Source of the DNA: a virus
Direction: 5' to 3' (one strand)
Length of the DNA stretch: 64,000 bases
IMG/VR virus record: IMGVR_UViG_3300027906_002394
Location: 1-64,000 of that record
Below, one piece after another: positions 39,890-49,521 of the stretch. The position numbers were made by a program, and so were the translations under genes. Numbering within the stretch: position 1 is the stretch's first letter; every line of letters begins with the position of its first letter. Below the pieces are notes generated by a model that saw only the letters and a program-made list of their open reading frames with translations, searched no databases and had not been told where the DNA came from.

Positions 39890-41121
39890 CAAATGTTGCA
39901 TTTATAGGATTTGGTAAATTAGGAAAACCCTGTGCTGAGGTTATTGCACAAAAAGGACATGATGTTAGTGTATATGACCCACGCGAGGTGGAGAGTGAAT
40001 ACTGTAACATTAAGGACACGATAGAAGAGGCGGTTAAGGATAGAGTATTTGTATTTGTCGCAGTACCAACACCACATGACCCTTTATATGATGGTTCAGA
40101 ACCCACATACCATTTACCCCCTAAAGATTTTAATTACGATACTGTAAAGGAAGTAATTGCAGAAGCTAATAAACATATGACTGAGAATCAGATATTGGTT
40201 CTTATTAGTACCGTATTGCCTGGCACCGTAAGAAAAGAAGTTGTGCCTATTATAACCAATCCTAAATTTGTTTATAATCCATACTTGATTGCTATGGGTA
40301 CAGTCGCATGGGATATGGTAAACCCAGAGATGATAATGATAGGAACAGAGAATGGAGAAGAGTCAATAGAAGCACATAGTCTTATTCATTTCTACAACGA
40401 GATAATGGAAAATAACCCCCGATATGAAGTTGGTACTTGGGATGAGTGTGAATGTATTAAGGTGTTCTATAATACCTTTATTAGTGCTAAGATTGGTCTT
40501 GTAAACATGATACAGGATGTTGCTGAGAAACAGGGTAATATTAATGTTGATGTGGTTGCAAATGCCTTGCGAGATAGTACACAGAGAATCATGGGCCCAA
40601 CCTATATGAAGCCTGGGATGGGAGATGGTGGTGCATGTCATCCAAGAGATAATATCGCACTTAGATACATGGCGCAAGACTTGGATTTGGGTTATGACTT
40701 GTTTGCTGAAATAATGAAGGCACGAGATATACAAGCAGAGAATATGGCAAATGCCATTCTTAAACACGGAAATAAAGTCGCGTTTACATCTGATTCATAT
40801 AAACCAAATGTACCATATACGAATGGTAGTTACAGTCTACTAGTCCAACACTATGTGAAAAGATATGGATTTATTGTACCTGTAGATGAAAACCCACATG
40901 TCATCGTAAAGGTACATGAGTCAGATTTGATACCTACCGATTATGAGGGAGTTGTGTTTGACCCTTGGAGAAGTCATGTGGGAATAAATGTTGTACACTA
41001 CGGAGATACAAGAAATGAAAAAAAGGACGAAAGAGAAACTACACAAATTCATGAAAGCAGGGGAACTTACCAGAGTAATCAGGAAGGTGTTGTTGGAGGT
41101 CTCGGAGAAGACCGACTCTAA
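39886..41121 (+). CDS. UDP-glucose/GDP-mannose dehydrogenase family protein
   Basis: FIGFGKLG, VAVPTP, ISTVLPGT, IKVFYN, GDGGACHPRD. Confidence 0.88.
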   Translation: MTNVAFIGFGKLGKPCAEVIAQKGHDVSVYDPREVESEYCNIKDTIEEAVKDRVFVFVAVPTPHDPLYDGSEPTYHLPPKDFNYDTVKEVIAEANKHMTENQILVLISTVLPGTVRKEVVPIITNPKFVYNPYLIAMGTVAWDMVNPEMIMIGTENGEESIEAHSLIHFYNEIMENNPRYEVGTWDECECIKVFYNTFISAKIGLVNMIQDVAEKQGNINVDVVANALRDSTQRIMGPTYMKPGMGDGGACHPRDNIALRYMAQDLDLGYDLFAEIMKARDIQAENMANAILKHGNKVAFTSDSYKPNVPYTNGSYSLLVQHYVKRYGFIVPVDENPHVIVKVHESDLIPTDYEGVVFDPWRSHVGINVVHYGDTRNEKKDERETTQIHESRGTYQSNQEGVVGGLGEDRL

Positions 41122-41218
41122 ACTCGATGAGATAGAACAAAAAGAAAAAGAAAAACAAGAACACTTAGAAAAGAAACTTAAAAAGATGAGAGAACGAGAC
41201 CCTTTTATCTATGACTAG
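41015..41218 (+). CDS. Small charged coiled-coil protein
   Basis: GGAG RBS; C-terminal LKKMRERDPFIY; overlaps the previous gene. Confidence 0.55.
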   Translation: MKKRTKEKLHKFMKAGELTRVIRKVLLEVSEKTDSKLDEIEQKEKEKQEHLEKKLKKMRERDPFIYD

Positions 41219-42062
41219 ATTAGTTGCATATGGATGTTCACATACTGGCGGTAATGAGTTAGCTGACCACATTGTTCTTAAACAACCAAGAGAAAAAGTT
41301 GACATAGTAAAATCTAGCTATGGTCAAGGAAATTGGGATAAGATTTTTGATTATTTTGGTTTTGATTCTGACCCAATGGATGAGATGGAGTTTGATATTT
41401 TTCGGTATATTGATATTACCAGAATTGAAGAACTTCATTGTGGTGAGGATTTAAATCGCTCTTTGAGTTGGGTTAGATATCTTGCTGAAATGCGTGGGTT
41501 TTCTCATTATAAGAATAGAGGGTATGGTGGTGCTTCATTAGAACATTGTCTTTTTTTCTTAGAAAATGATTTGATGAATAGAGAAGTAAGTTTAGATTTA
41601 GACGAAATCATTGTTCAAGTGCCACACCCATATAGATGGTTATCATTTAAACATGATGGAGAATTTACTACATGGAGTCCAAACCAAGTATTCACTCTTC
41701 CTATAGGTTCCGATGGAACTACATATGGAACAAAACCAGATATTGATTCCTTCCGAACACATGAGTTAAATATCTATAATATTACTTGGAGATATTACAA
41801 GTCAATGAAACAACTTAAACAACTTGGTGCCAACTTTTTCTTTATAGAAAAGACTCCAGAAAACATAAAAAATGATTTATATCTTGACTGTGATGAAATC
41901 CCTAGTTTTGAATGGGTAGAATATTGTTGGAATTGGATTATTAAAAATTGTATTAAAATTGAAGGTTGTTATGATACCGATGATAAACATGGTTGGGGTC
42001 ACTATGGAACAGATGTACACTATGATATTGCGAGAGATTTAAATGATAAGTTGGGGAATTAG
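41211..42062 (+). CDS. SGNH/GDSL-like phage protein (paralog 3)
   Basis: LVAYGCSHTGG, NRGYGGAS, C-terminal GHYGTDVH. Confidence 0.55.
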   Translation: MTRLVAYGCSHTGGNELADHIVLKQPREKVDIVKSSYGQGNWDKIFDYFGFDSDPMDEMEFDIFRYIDITRIEELHCGEDLNRSLSWVRYLAEMRGFSHYKNRGYGGASLEHCLFFLENDLMNREVSLDLDEIIVQVPHPYRWLSFKHDGEFTTWSPNQVFTLPIGSDGTTYGTKPDIDSFRTHELNIYNITWRYYKSMKQLKQLGANFFFIEKTPENIKNDLYLDCDEIPSFEWVEYCWNWIIKNCIKIEGCYDTDDKHGWGHYGTDVHYDIARDLNDKLGN

Positions 42063-43458
42063 TGCTTGTACACATGACGCTTCTTTAGCGGTTGTTAGAG
42101 ATGATGAGATATTGTTTGCCTCTCATAGTGAGAGATTTAGCGGATATAAAAATGATGCTTTTCTGAATCCAGAGATTATCATGGAAGCGAAAAAGTATGG
42201 TGAACCCGATTATGTTTATTGGTATGAAAATCCTTGGTTAAAATGGACAAGGAAGAAATACGCAAAACAACAAAGACCTTGGTTAAGTCCTAGAAAATAT
42301 TTAAAACACTTTGGAATCAAGGCACCCTATTATACTACGCACCATAAAGCACATGCAGCTGCTGGGTATTATACTTCACCCTTTGATAGTTCCGCGATAT
42401 TAGTCATTGATGCTATTGGAGAATGGACTACCACATCTATATGGAAGGACATGAAATGTATCTGGACTTCTAAGTATCCAGACTCATTAGGGTTGTTCTA
42501 TTCCGCGATGACAGATAGAATTGGATTGAAAGCAAATGAAGATGAGTACATCCTTATGGGTATGTCTGCTTATGGTGACCCCGATAGATTTTATGATGAC
42601 ATTAAACCATTACTAAAACAGAACCTACATAGAGGATGTAAGTGGTGGAACCCAGATTTAAAAGAAGAAGATTACTTTGATGTCGCAGCTGCTACACAGA
42701 AAGTCTATGAAGAACAATTTGGAAAACTGCTATTTACAACTGCGAGATTAACAGACCAAACCAATCTGGTTTTTATGGGTGGGTGTGCTTTAAATTGTTT
42801 GGCGAATAGAATTATACCACAGTATTTTGCTAATCATTGGATTATGCCAAATCCAGGCGATGCTGGTTCTTCTATTGGTGCGATTGCAGCTAGGGAACAT
42901 AAAAAGTTGAAATGGAAAACACCGTATCTTGGATATAATATAGAAGGCGGATATCCAACTAGTGATATACTAGCAAATCTTGTCGCATTGAAGATATGTG
43001 GTGTCGCAAATGGTAGGGCGGAGTTTGGGCCGAGAGCTTTGGGTAATAGAAGTTTACTCGCAGACCCAAAAGGTTCTCAAATGAAAGATGTCGTTAATAA
43101 GATTAAAAAGAGACAGGAGTTTAGACCCTTTGCACCAGTTATATTAGAATCCGAAGTACACAAGTATTTTGATGTACCAGAAGGATTTCAATCACCGTAT
43201 ATGCAACATGTCGTTAGATGTAAAGAACCAGAACTGTTTCCTGCTATAGTACATAAGGATGGAACCAGTAGAGTTCAGACTGTCAATGATGAACAACATA
43301 GTGGGTTGACGCGGTTGTTACAAAGATGGAAAACATATAGTGGTCATCCCATCCTTCTAAATACGAGTTTGAATATTAAAGGCGAACCAATAGTCAATGA
43401 TGAAAAAGATGCAGCTAGGTTTGAGAAGAAGTATGGAGTTAAGGTGTGTGTAAGATAG
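42043..43458 (+). CDS. Carbamoyltransferase (NodU/CmcH/TobZ family)
   Basis: HDAS, HHKAHAA, DAIGE, GGCALN, GDAG, EFGPRALGNRS, RQEFRPFAP, HKDGTSRVQTV, LLNTSLN. Confidence 0.93.
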   Translation: MISWGISACTHDASLAVVRDDEILFASHSERFSGYKNDAFLNPEIIMEAKKYGEPDYVYWYENPWLKWTRKKYAKQQRPWLSPRKYLKHFGIKAPYYTTHHKAHAAAGYYTSPFDSSAILVIDAIGEWTTTSIWKDMKCIWTSKYPDSLGLFYSAMTDRIGLKANEDEYILMGMSAYGDPDRFYDDIKPLLKQNLHRGCKWWNPDLKEEDYFDVAAATQKVYEEQFGKLLFTTARLTDQTNLVFMGGCALNCLANRIIPQYFANHWIMPNPGDAGSSIGAIAAREHKKLKWKTPYLGYNIEGGYPTSDILANLVALKICGVANGRAEFGPRALGNRSLLADPKGSQMKDVVNKIKKRQEFRPFAPVILESEVHKYFDVPEGFQSPYMQHVVRCKEPELFPAIVHKDGTSRVQTVNDEQHSGLTRLLQRWKTYSGHPILLNTSLNIKGEPIVNDEKDAARFEKKYGVKVCVR

Positions 43459-43991
43459 AACAAGTTAGACCTTTGATATGGGAATTAACAGAATTAGATT
43501 TACCACCAATACCACCCCAAGACCAATGGCGCACGGCTGGACTATTTACTGAAGGTGAAATATCTAATGCACCGTTGCGTGAAATATATCACTTTCCTGT
43601 TTTAAAAGAATCATGGGGTATTATATCAGATAAGGTACTTCACTTAATAAGAAATCTTGATTTAAATGAATTGTGGCAGGGATATAATGTAAATCTAAAA
43701 CCTTTTGATACTATAGGATTATGTATTCATAAAGATTTACCAAATTTCAATATGTATGGTCATTATGATAACCGTAGAGTTATTGGTGCAATAATAGTGA
43801 ACTTAGTGGATAATAAAGACCCTACAACCTTTTTAAATTATACTAGTCCCACAGAAAGGAATACTGGTATTTTCTTTTTGAATGATTATACTACAAGACA
43901 CGCGGTAAGAAATACAAGTGACCGAGATAGAATAACAGCATATCAAAATATATTCATTGACTCTTTTTTTAAGGGAACATCAAATGCGTGA
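43446..43991 (+). CDS. 2OG-Fe(II) oxygenase-like protein
   Basis: GHYDN (HxD) ... TRHAV ... DRIT. Confidence 0.55.
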   Translation: MCKIEQVRPLIWELTELDLPPIPPQDQWRTAGLFTEGEISNAPLREIYHFPVLKESWGIISDKVLHLIRNLDLNELWQGYNVNLKPFDTIGLCIHKDLPNFNMYGHYDNRRVIGAIIVNLVDNKDPTTFLNYTSPTERNTGIFFLNDYTTRHAVRNTSDRDRITAYQNIFIDSFFKGTSNA

Positions 43992-44847
43992 GATAAGATA
44001 TCATAATGACGAAATCATAAAGGTAGATGGACTTCATTTCTATGGATGTTCTTATGTTGCTGGACAGGAACTTTTGGACAAAGAACTTCCAGACCCAATG
44101 GCTATTGACCCAAAAAAGATGGCGAAACAGGAGGGCGAACCACAAGATGAATATTATCGCAGAAGATTATCAAGAGAACTTCTTTGGAAGAAAAAAATAA
44201 AACTTGAAAAACAACTCGCGTGGCCACAACACATGTGTAGTTTATTAAAGGTTAGATGTTATAATCATGGACAACACGGTTCATCTATGACCCAGATGAA
44301 GGGGAACATAGTTCAACATATTATAGATGGATTATATGAACCCAATGAAGCTATAGTTGTCGGGTTGACAGGATTTGCTAGAGAAATGGTTTTTGCAGAA
44401 GATGAAACTCTTCTCTATCATCTTAGAAAACATGGCGCTGCTGTAAGTATGGTTATTGCATCTGACTACGAAAGAAGAGGTGATAAAGAGTTCGCGTTGA
44501 AGTATATGAACTTAAAAGGAACCTATACTTACCTGTGGTTTTTCTTACATGAAATATGGAATATCATGAATATTTGCGTGACAAACAATGTAAAACTCTA
44601 CATTATTCCTATGTTAGACCCATTTAACCTTAAATGGTACAGAAAACAGTACGATATTGACTATAAAACCAATGAATTTAATACACAATTGAAATTTCTA
44701 ATGTCTGAAATAGATAAGTATATGATAAAGGGAATGAAGATTGACCCACTAGGGGCCAACATTATAGAAAGATTACCAAGGGGCCATCCTTGTGCCAAGA
44801 GTCATGAAAAGTTTGGTATAAAGGTTGGTGAGAAGTTATTAATATGA
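43984..44847 (+). CDS. SGNH/GDSL-like phage protein (paralog 4)
   Basis: HFYGCSYVAG, NHGQHGSS, C-terminal GHPCAKSH. Confidence 0.55.
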   Translation: MREIRYHNDEIIKVDGLHFYGCSYVAGQELLDKELPDPMAIDPKKMAKQEGEPQDEYYRRRLSRELLWKKKIKLEKQLAWPQHMCSLLKVRCYNHGQHGSSMTQMKGNIVQHIIDGLYEPNEAIVVGLTGFAREMVFAEDETLLYHLRKHGAAVSMVIASDYERRGDKEFALKYMNLKGTYTYLWFFLHEIWNIMNICVTNNVKLYIIPMLDPFNLKWYRKQYDIDYKTNEFNTQLKFLMSEIDKYMIKGMKIDPLGANIIERLPRGHPCAKSHEKFGIKVGEKLLI

Positions 44848-45140
44848 GTAACATATTAAAGTTCCCAACCAAACGCAAATGGGAACCTACAGGATACAGA
44901 ATTAATCTATACACGGAAGAGGATATCTATCTCGTTCTCTTGTGTCTCAATATATCCGATGATTTAGATGACCCCAAACGCTGGGTCAGAAAAGACCTTC
45001 GCACTTTAGAACCAGAATTCGTCATAGACAAACTTAATGAATGTCTAGACAATCAAGCGTTATCTGAGAAAACATATAAAAACATTCGTAGGATAATGAA
45101 TTCAATAGAAGTTGTGCCATTATCGGCACTTTATAATTAG
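44844..45140 (+). CDS. Hypothetical protein
   Basis: Packed ORF starting MSNILKFP. Confidence 0.65.
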   Translation: MSNILKFPTKRKWEPTGYRINLYTEEDIYLVLLCLNISDDLDDPKRWVRKDLRTLEPEFVIDKLNECLDNQALSEKTYKNIRRIMNSIEVVPLSALYN

Positions 45141-45148
45141 GAGAAAAA

Positions 45149-45754
45149 ATGAAATATTTAATAATGATATTAGCAATGGTGGCATCATTTGGTGCTCACG
45201 CGGAAATAAATTCTTCTGCCAATGTAGCGTTGAGTAGTGAATATATTTTTAGGGGTCAAACCCAAACTTTAGGAGACCCAGCTGTCTCTGGTGGATTTGA
45301 TGTTGGGTATGAAGGAGCCTTTATCGGAATGTGGGCATCTGAAGTAGATTACGGAGATGGACTTGCAAATTTAGAGGTTGACCTTTATGCTGGATATGGT
45401 TTGGGATGGAAAGACTTTTCTGCTTCTTACACATATGTAGACTATAACTATAACGGAGACTCATCTTTAGATGGAGTTGAACATCAAATAGCACTAGGAT
45501 GGAAAGATGTAAGTCTTTTACATGTAGTTGGTGCAGAGGGGTTTGTTGATTATAGTGAAGTCTCTTACACTTTACCTATAGTTGCATTTGATGTTTCATG
45601 GGGAACATGGGATACAATAGGTGACAATTGGTCAGTTGGGAAAAGCTTTGACTTGGGCCCAGTTGACGGAACAATTCAGTATATAGAATTTCATGGTGAT
45701 GCTGATATTTCAAACGAAAGGAATATAGTATTAACAATAAGCAAAGAAATATAA
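45149..45754 (+). CDS. Putative outer-membrane beta-barrel (TorF/gcw_chp-like porin)
   Basis: Signal peptide; SEYIFRGQTQT..PAVSGGFD, GMWAS, EVDLYAGY. Confidence 0.75.
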   Translation: MKYLIMILAMVASFGAHAEINSSANVALSSEYIFRGQTQTLGDPAVSGGFDVGYEGAFIGMWASEVDYGDGLANLEVDLYAGYGLGWKDFSASYTYVDYNYNGDSSLDGVEHQIALGWKDVSLLHVVGAEGFVDYSEVSYTLPIVAFDVSWGTWDTIGDNWSVGKSFDLGPVDGTIQYIEFHGDADISNERNIVLTISKEI

Positions 45755-45847
45755 CAAGATACATTTTAAATCGAGGAGAGATTATGTAAAAACAGTCTTT
45801 ATGATGGATAGCAAATTAATTTAACCAACCATCTGGAGAGATACCAC

Positions 45848-46609
45848 ATGCCAAGACGCAATACAAACCTACAAGTAATTGAGAATTTAAATTCTGATGT
45901 ACAGAAGGTGAAAAGAAAATCAACTTTAAAAATGCGTATTGAGGATTTAATTACAATTGATGCACTCACAGAAACCCAAGGACATTTTTTCGCAGAGTAC
46001 AAAAAAGATTGTAGAGCAATGTTATTACATGGATGCGCTGGTACAGGAAAAACATTTATTGCCCTGTACCGAGCATTAGAACAGGTTTTACAGAGAGGAA
46101 ACCCATATAAGAAAGTAGTCGTTATAAGGTCAGCAGTCCCATCAAGAGAAATAGGACATTTGCCAGGCGATGAAACTGAGAAGACTGCGGTGTACATGCA
46201 ACCATATATTGATATGTGTACTGCATTGTTCCCCCAAAAACAACAGGCATTCCAGAGACTAATCGAACAGAAATATGTAGAATGGATGATTACATCATTT
46301 GTAAGAGGAATTACATTGGATAATTCCATTATTATCGTGGATGAGTGTCAAAATATGAATGACATGGAGATTAATTCCATTATAACTCGCGTAGGACATA
46401 ATAGTAAGATTATATTCTGTGGAGACTTCCGTCAAACTGACCTATATAAGAAAGGCGATTTAAGTGGATTGCAGAAATTCATGGTAATTGCTGAAAATAT
46501 GCCTTCTTTTAGGACTTTTGAGTTTAGTGAGGACGATATTGTCCGTTCTGACCTTGTAAAAGAGTATTTAATCTCAAGAATCCGCTATGAAGAGCAATAT
46601 AGGACTTGA
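45848..46609 (+). CDS. phoH: PhoH family ATPase
   Basis: GCAGTGKT, RSAV, IGHLPG, FVRGITL, IIVDECQN, CGDFRQTD, DIVRS. Confidence 0.93.
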   Translation: MPRRNTNLQVIENLNSDVQKVKRKSTLKMRIEDLITIDALTETQGHFFAEYKKDCRAMLLHGCAGTGKTFIALYRALEQVLQRGNPYKKVVVIRSAVPSREIGHLPGDETEKTAVYMQPYIDMCTALFPQKQQAFQRLIEQKYVEWMITSFVRGITLDNSIIIVDECQNMNDMEINSIITRVGHNSKIIFCGDFRQTDLYKKGDLSGLQKFMVIAENMPSFRTFEFSEDDIVRSDLVKEYLISRIRYEEQYRT

Positions 46610-46634
46610 CATTTGCTCTGAAGGCTAGTATAAT
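46606..46634 (+). promoter_or_regulatory. Consensus sigma70 promoter
   Basis: TTGACA-17 nt-TATAAT. Confidence 0.75.
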
Positions 46635-46660
46635 GGTCACATAATTATAGGATTTTTGTA

Positions 46661-47320
46661 ATGTTTACACATATTGACGAAAAACACGATTTTCCCCAGT
46701 TAATGAGGGAGAATTTTGAAGGAAAAAGGACATATGTAACGGAAAATGGTGATAGATACCCTTCTATCACCACCGTTCTTGGATATAAGATAAAACCCGC
46801 TATAAAAGCATGGAGAAAAAAGGTAGGAGAACAGACCGCGAACAAAATATCGCGTCAATCGTCTGTTCGGGGAACCAAAATTCATGGTGTTTGCGAGGAT
46901 TATCTTAATAATAAGGAACTTGATACTGAAATGTTGTCCTTTGTAGAGGAAGATATGTTTGATAACATGCGCCTTTACCTTGATAAAATAGACAACATTC
47001 ACGCGATTGAACAATTTTTGTACAGCGACCATTTAAGGTTGGCTGGTCAAGCGGATTGTATCGCGGAATTTGAGGGAAAATTGTCTATTATTGACTTTAA
47101 AACCTCTGCTAAAAGGAAAACCAAGTCATATATAAAGAATTATTTCGCTCAATGTGCTGGTTATGCCATCATGTTTGAGGAAAGAACAGGAATACCTATC
47201 ACAAATTCAGTAATTATCATTGGTGTAGCGAATGAAGAACCACAATTATTCATTGAACATCGTGATAATTATACAGAATACTTGTTAGAATGTCGAGATT
47301 TATACGAAAATAACGCTTGA
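46661..47320 (+). CDS. PD-(D/E)xK exonuclease (RecB/Cas4-like phage exonuclease)
   Basis: YPSITTVL, RGTKIH, IEQFL, AGQADC, IIDFKTS, QCAGYA. Confidence 0.88.
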   Translation: MFTHIDEKHDFPQLMRENFEGKRTYVTENGDRYPSITTVLGYKIKPAIKAWRKKVGEQTANKISRQSSVRGTKIHGVCEDYLNNKELDTEMLSFVEEDMFDNMRLYLDKIDNIHAIEQFLYSDHLRLAGQADCIAEFEGKLSIIDFKTSAKRKTKSYIKNYFAQCAGYAIMFEERTGIPITNSVIIIGVANEEPQLFIEHRDNYTEYLLECRDLYENNA

Positions 47321-47352
47321 CTTCTGGCCCATCTTATACTATAATATAAATA
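47317..47352 (+). promoter_or_regulatory. Overlapping sigma70 and late promoters for tmRNA
   Basis: TTGACT-17-TATAAT (47317-47345) and TATAAATA (47345-47352). Confidence 0.75.
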
Positions 47353-47354
47353 TA

Positions 47355-47625
47355 ACTTGACTCTATGAAACGAATTGAAAGGTTGACAGGACGGGGGTGC
47401 GATTCCCCCCGCCTCCACCAATTTATCCTTATAGACCCGACTAAGGGGGCGAATAGGATCGACTGGGACTTATTAGAGGAGTGGAGAGTTCGGAGAGGAA
47501 GCTGCCGTAAGTGCAACGCAACCATAAACGCAGAAGATAATACTGCTTATGAGGACTACGCTTTAGCGGCGTAGAATCGCTCGGGGTTTTGGAGACAGTT
47601 CCTAGCACCAGAATACTGTCTCGTT
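47355..47625 (+). ncRNA. ssrA: Circularly permuted (two-piece) tmRNA
   Basis: 3' tRNA half (T-arm GGGGG-TGCGATT-CCCCC, CGCCTCC-ACCA ending 47420) precedes the 5' half GGGGGCG (47445) with a G3-U pair; tag (A)AEDNTAYEDYALAA* at 47530-47574. Confidence 0.9.
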
Positions 47626-47653
47626 TTTATCTCATAAAGAGAAGGAGGAAGAT

Positions 47654-47764
47654 ATGTGGTTAATTACAGGACTCGTAATAGGAGTTGTAGTTGGTGCATG
47701 GATTAAAGACCGAAAAGGTTGGTTGGATTTTCTTGACACATTATTTGACAAGATACCATTCTAA
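47654..47764 (+). CDS. Small membrane peptide (36 aa; not in ORF track)
   Basis: AAGGAGG RBS; MWLITGLVIGVVVGAWIKDR. Confidence 0.6.
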   Translation: MWLITGLVIGVVVGAWIKDRKGWLDFLDTLFDKIPF

Positions 47765-47775
47765 TCTAGTACACT

Positions 47776-48330
47776 ATGTACAGTTGGTTTTTAACTGCCA
47801 TCTCAGCGGTTACATTAGTATTGTTCCCGCTAAGCGCTGACAACCACTTTGTTAACGACAAGAATTTCCTAGAATATGAACAGGAATTAATTCATAATCA
47901 AGAAGAAATTGCTTGTCTTGCCGTTAACATTTACCACGAAGCGAGGGGCGAAAGTGAAGAAGGAAAACTTGCAGTAGCTTTCGTAACTCTCAATCGTGTT
48001 AAGAGTGACGCATATCCAGATACAGTTTGTGGAGTTGTTTATCAAGGAAAACACAAACGGTCTTGGAGAGATAATGAAACGCTGGTTCCAGTAAGACATG
48101 GATGCCAATTCAGTTGGTACTGTGACGGTAAATCCGACATGGTACAAGATTTCGACTCATATGAGGAAATCGTTGAATTGTCAATGAATGTCTGGTATGG
48201 AAGGTTTGAAGATAACACAGATGGAAGTTTGTTTTATCACGCAGATTATGTAGACCCAGCATGGGCGCAACACATGGCAATGACAAAAAGGATAGATAAT
48301 CACATTTTTTACACGATGTCGAGTTATTAA
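47776..48330 (+). CDS. Cell-wall hydrolase (SleB/Hydrolase_2 family)
   Basis: CLAVNIYHEARGE, VTLNRV, PDTVCGVVYQ, CQFSWYCDG, FYHADYV.P.W, IDNHIFY. Confidence 0.92.
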   Translation: MYSWFLTAISAVTLVLFPLSADNHFVNDKNFLEYEQELIHNQEEIACLAVNIYHEARGESEEGKLAVAFVTLNRVKSDAYPDTVCGVVYQGKHKRSWRDNETLVPVRHGCQFSWYCDGKSDMVQDFDSYEEIVELSMNVWYGRFEDNTDGSLFYHADYVDPAWAQHMAMTKRIDNHIFYTMSSY

Positions 48331-48332
48331 TT

Positions 48333-49253
48333 ATGTCTGATAAGGTTCACAATTTTATTGTTACAGGCGGATGTGGATTTATAGGTTCACATTTAGTAGA
48401 AGCATTAGTTCTTCACGGGCAGAATGTTCTTGTAATTGATGATATGAGAACTGGCAGTTTTAAACTCGATAGTAAACATGTGAAGTATCTACATCAAGAT
48501 GTTGCATCAGCAATCCCAGTTGGGAAGTTTGACGCAATATTTCACCTAGCCGCCACGCCTAGAATTAGGTTATCACAGAAAGACCCCTTTGGTACTATCA
48601 CAAATAACCTTAATTCAACAATGGTAGTTTCTGAATACGCGAGAAGAGAACGAATTCCTTTGTTTTTCGCTGCCTCTTCTAGTACTCAGTTTCTTCATCA
48701 TCACGATAATCCTTATACATTTTCTAAGTGTGTAAGTGAAGAAATCTTAGAACTTTACCACAAACAATTTAACTTGGAATATCATATGTTATATTTCTAT
48801 AATGTATATGGCCCAAGGGAAGCTGACTATGGAGAATATAGTACGGTAATAAGAGCATTTAAGAAATGCATCCAAAAGAATGAACCTCTTAGGATATTTG
48901 GTAGTGGTAAAAAAGAAAGAGATTTCACTCACATCCATGATGTAATCGATGGTATTCTAAAGTTGTTAACTACAAAGAGAAAACCAAAACATGTACATCT
49001 TGGTTCTGGTAATCCAGTTAGTATAATGGAAATAGCAAACGCATTTAATCATCATGCTGTTCACGAATTCGATAAGAAGGGTGAAGCAGAAGTGACCGAA
49101 TGTGAAAATCCTTATATAGAACCTCAATACGATGTTATTGGATATATCAAAAAATGGAAGAGTGATTATGAGGAAGAAGCTATTTTAAGAAAAATAAACA
49201 AAGATTTTCGTAATGTGGAAGAAAAATATGCCAAAATTGATAGTGGACAATGA
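48333..49253 (+). CDS. NAD-dependent epimerase/dehydratase
   Basis: VTGGCGFIGSHL, FHLAA, YTFSK, NVYGP, RDFTHI. Confidence 0.9.
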   Translation: MSDKVHNFIVTGGCGFIGSHLVEALVLHGQNVLVIDDMRTGSFKLDSKHVKYLHQDVASAIPVGKFDAIFHLAATPRIRLSQKDPFGTITNNLNSTMVVSEYARRERIPLFFAASSSTQFLHHHDNPYTFSKCVSEEILELYHKQFNLEYHMLYFYNVYGPREADYGEYSTVIRAFKKCIQKNEPLRIFGSGKKERDFTHIHDVIDGILKLLTTKRKPKHVHLGSGNPVSIMEIANAFNHHAVHEFDKKGEAEVTECENPYIEPQYDVIGYIKKWKSDYEEEAILRKINKDFRNVEEKYAKIDSGQ

Positions 49254-49521
49254 CGAGAAAAAAGAAGAGAAGATTAGTGATGTTGCTTTGGTTACAAAGT
49301 CAGAATTTCAAACATCATCTGAATTCTCTCAGCATATAGAAAAGAAGGCTGTTTCTGCTGGAAACTATATCGATGTATTAGTCGAGTATTGTACCAAAAA
49401 TGACATAGAGATTGAGAGTGTTAAAAAATTATTAACCGCATCTCTAAAAGAAAAGATAAAAGCAGAAGCAATTGGACTTAACTTAGTTAAGGGACAAAAG
49501 TCTTGTAAGTTACCTATATGA
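49228..49521 (+). CDS. gp33: Late transcription coactivator gp33
   Basis: FSQHIE, YIDVLVEYC, SLKEKIKAEA..LNL; synteny with gp59/gp32. Confidence 0.85.
   Translation: MPKLIVDNDEKKEEKISDVALVTKSEFQTSSEFSQHIEKKAVSAGNYIDVLVEYCTKNDIEIESVKKLLTASLKEKIKAEAIGLNLVKGQKSCKLPI

Noticed and set aside
46661-47320. Cas4/CRISPR association
   Set aside because: Standard T4-like phage exonuclease beside phoH; no array or other cas genes seen
47365-47574. 69-aa ORF
   Set aside because: It is the tmRNA tag frame extended upstream, not an independent gene
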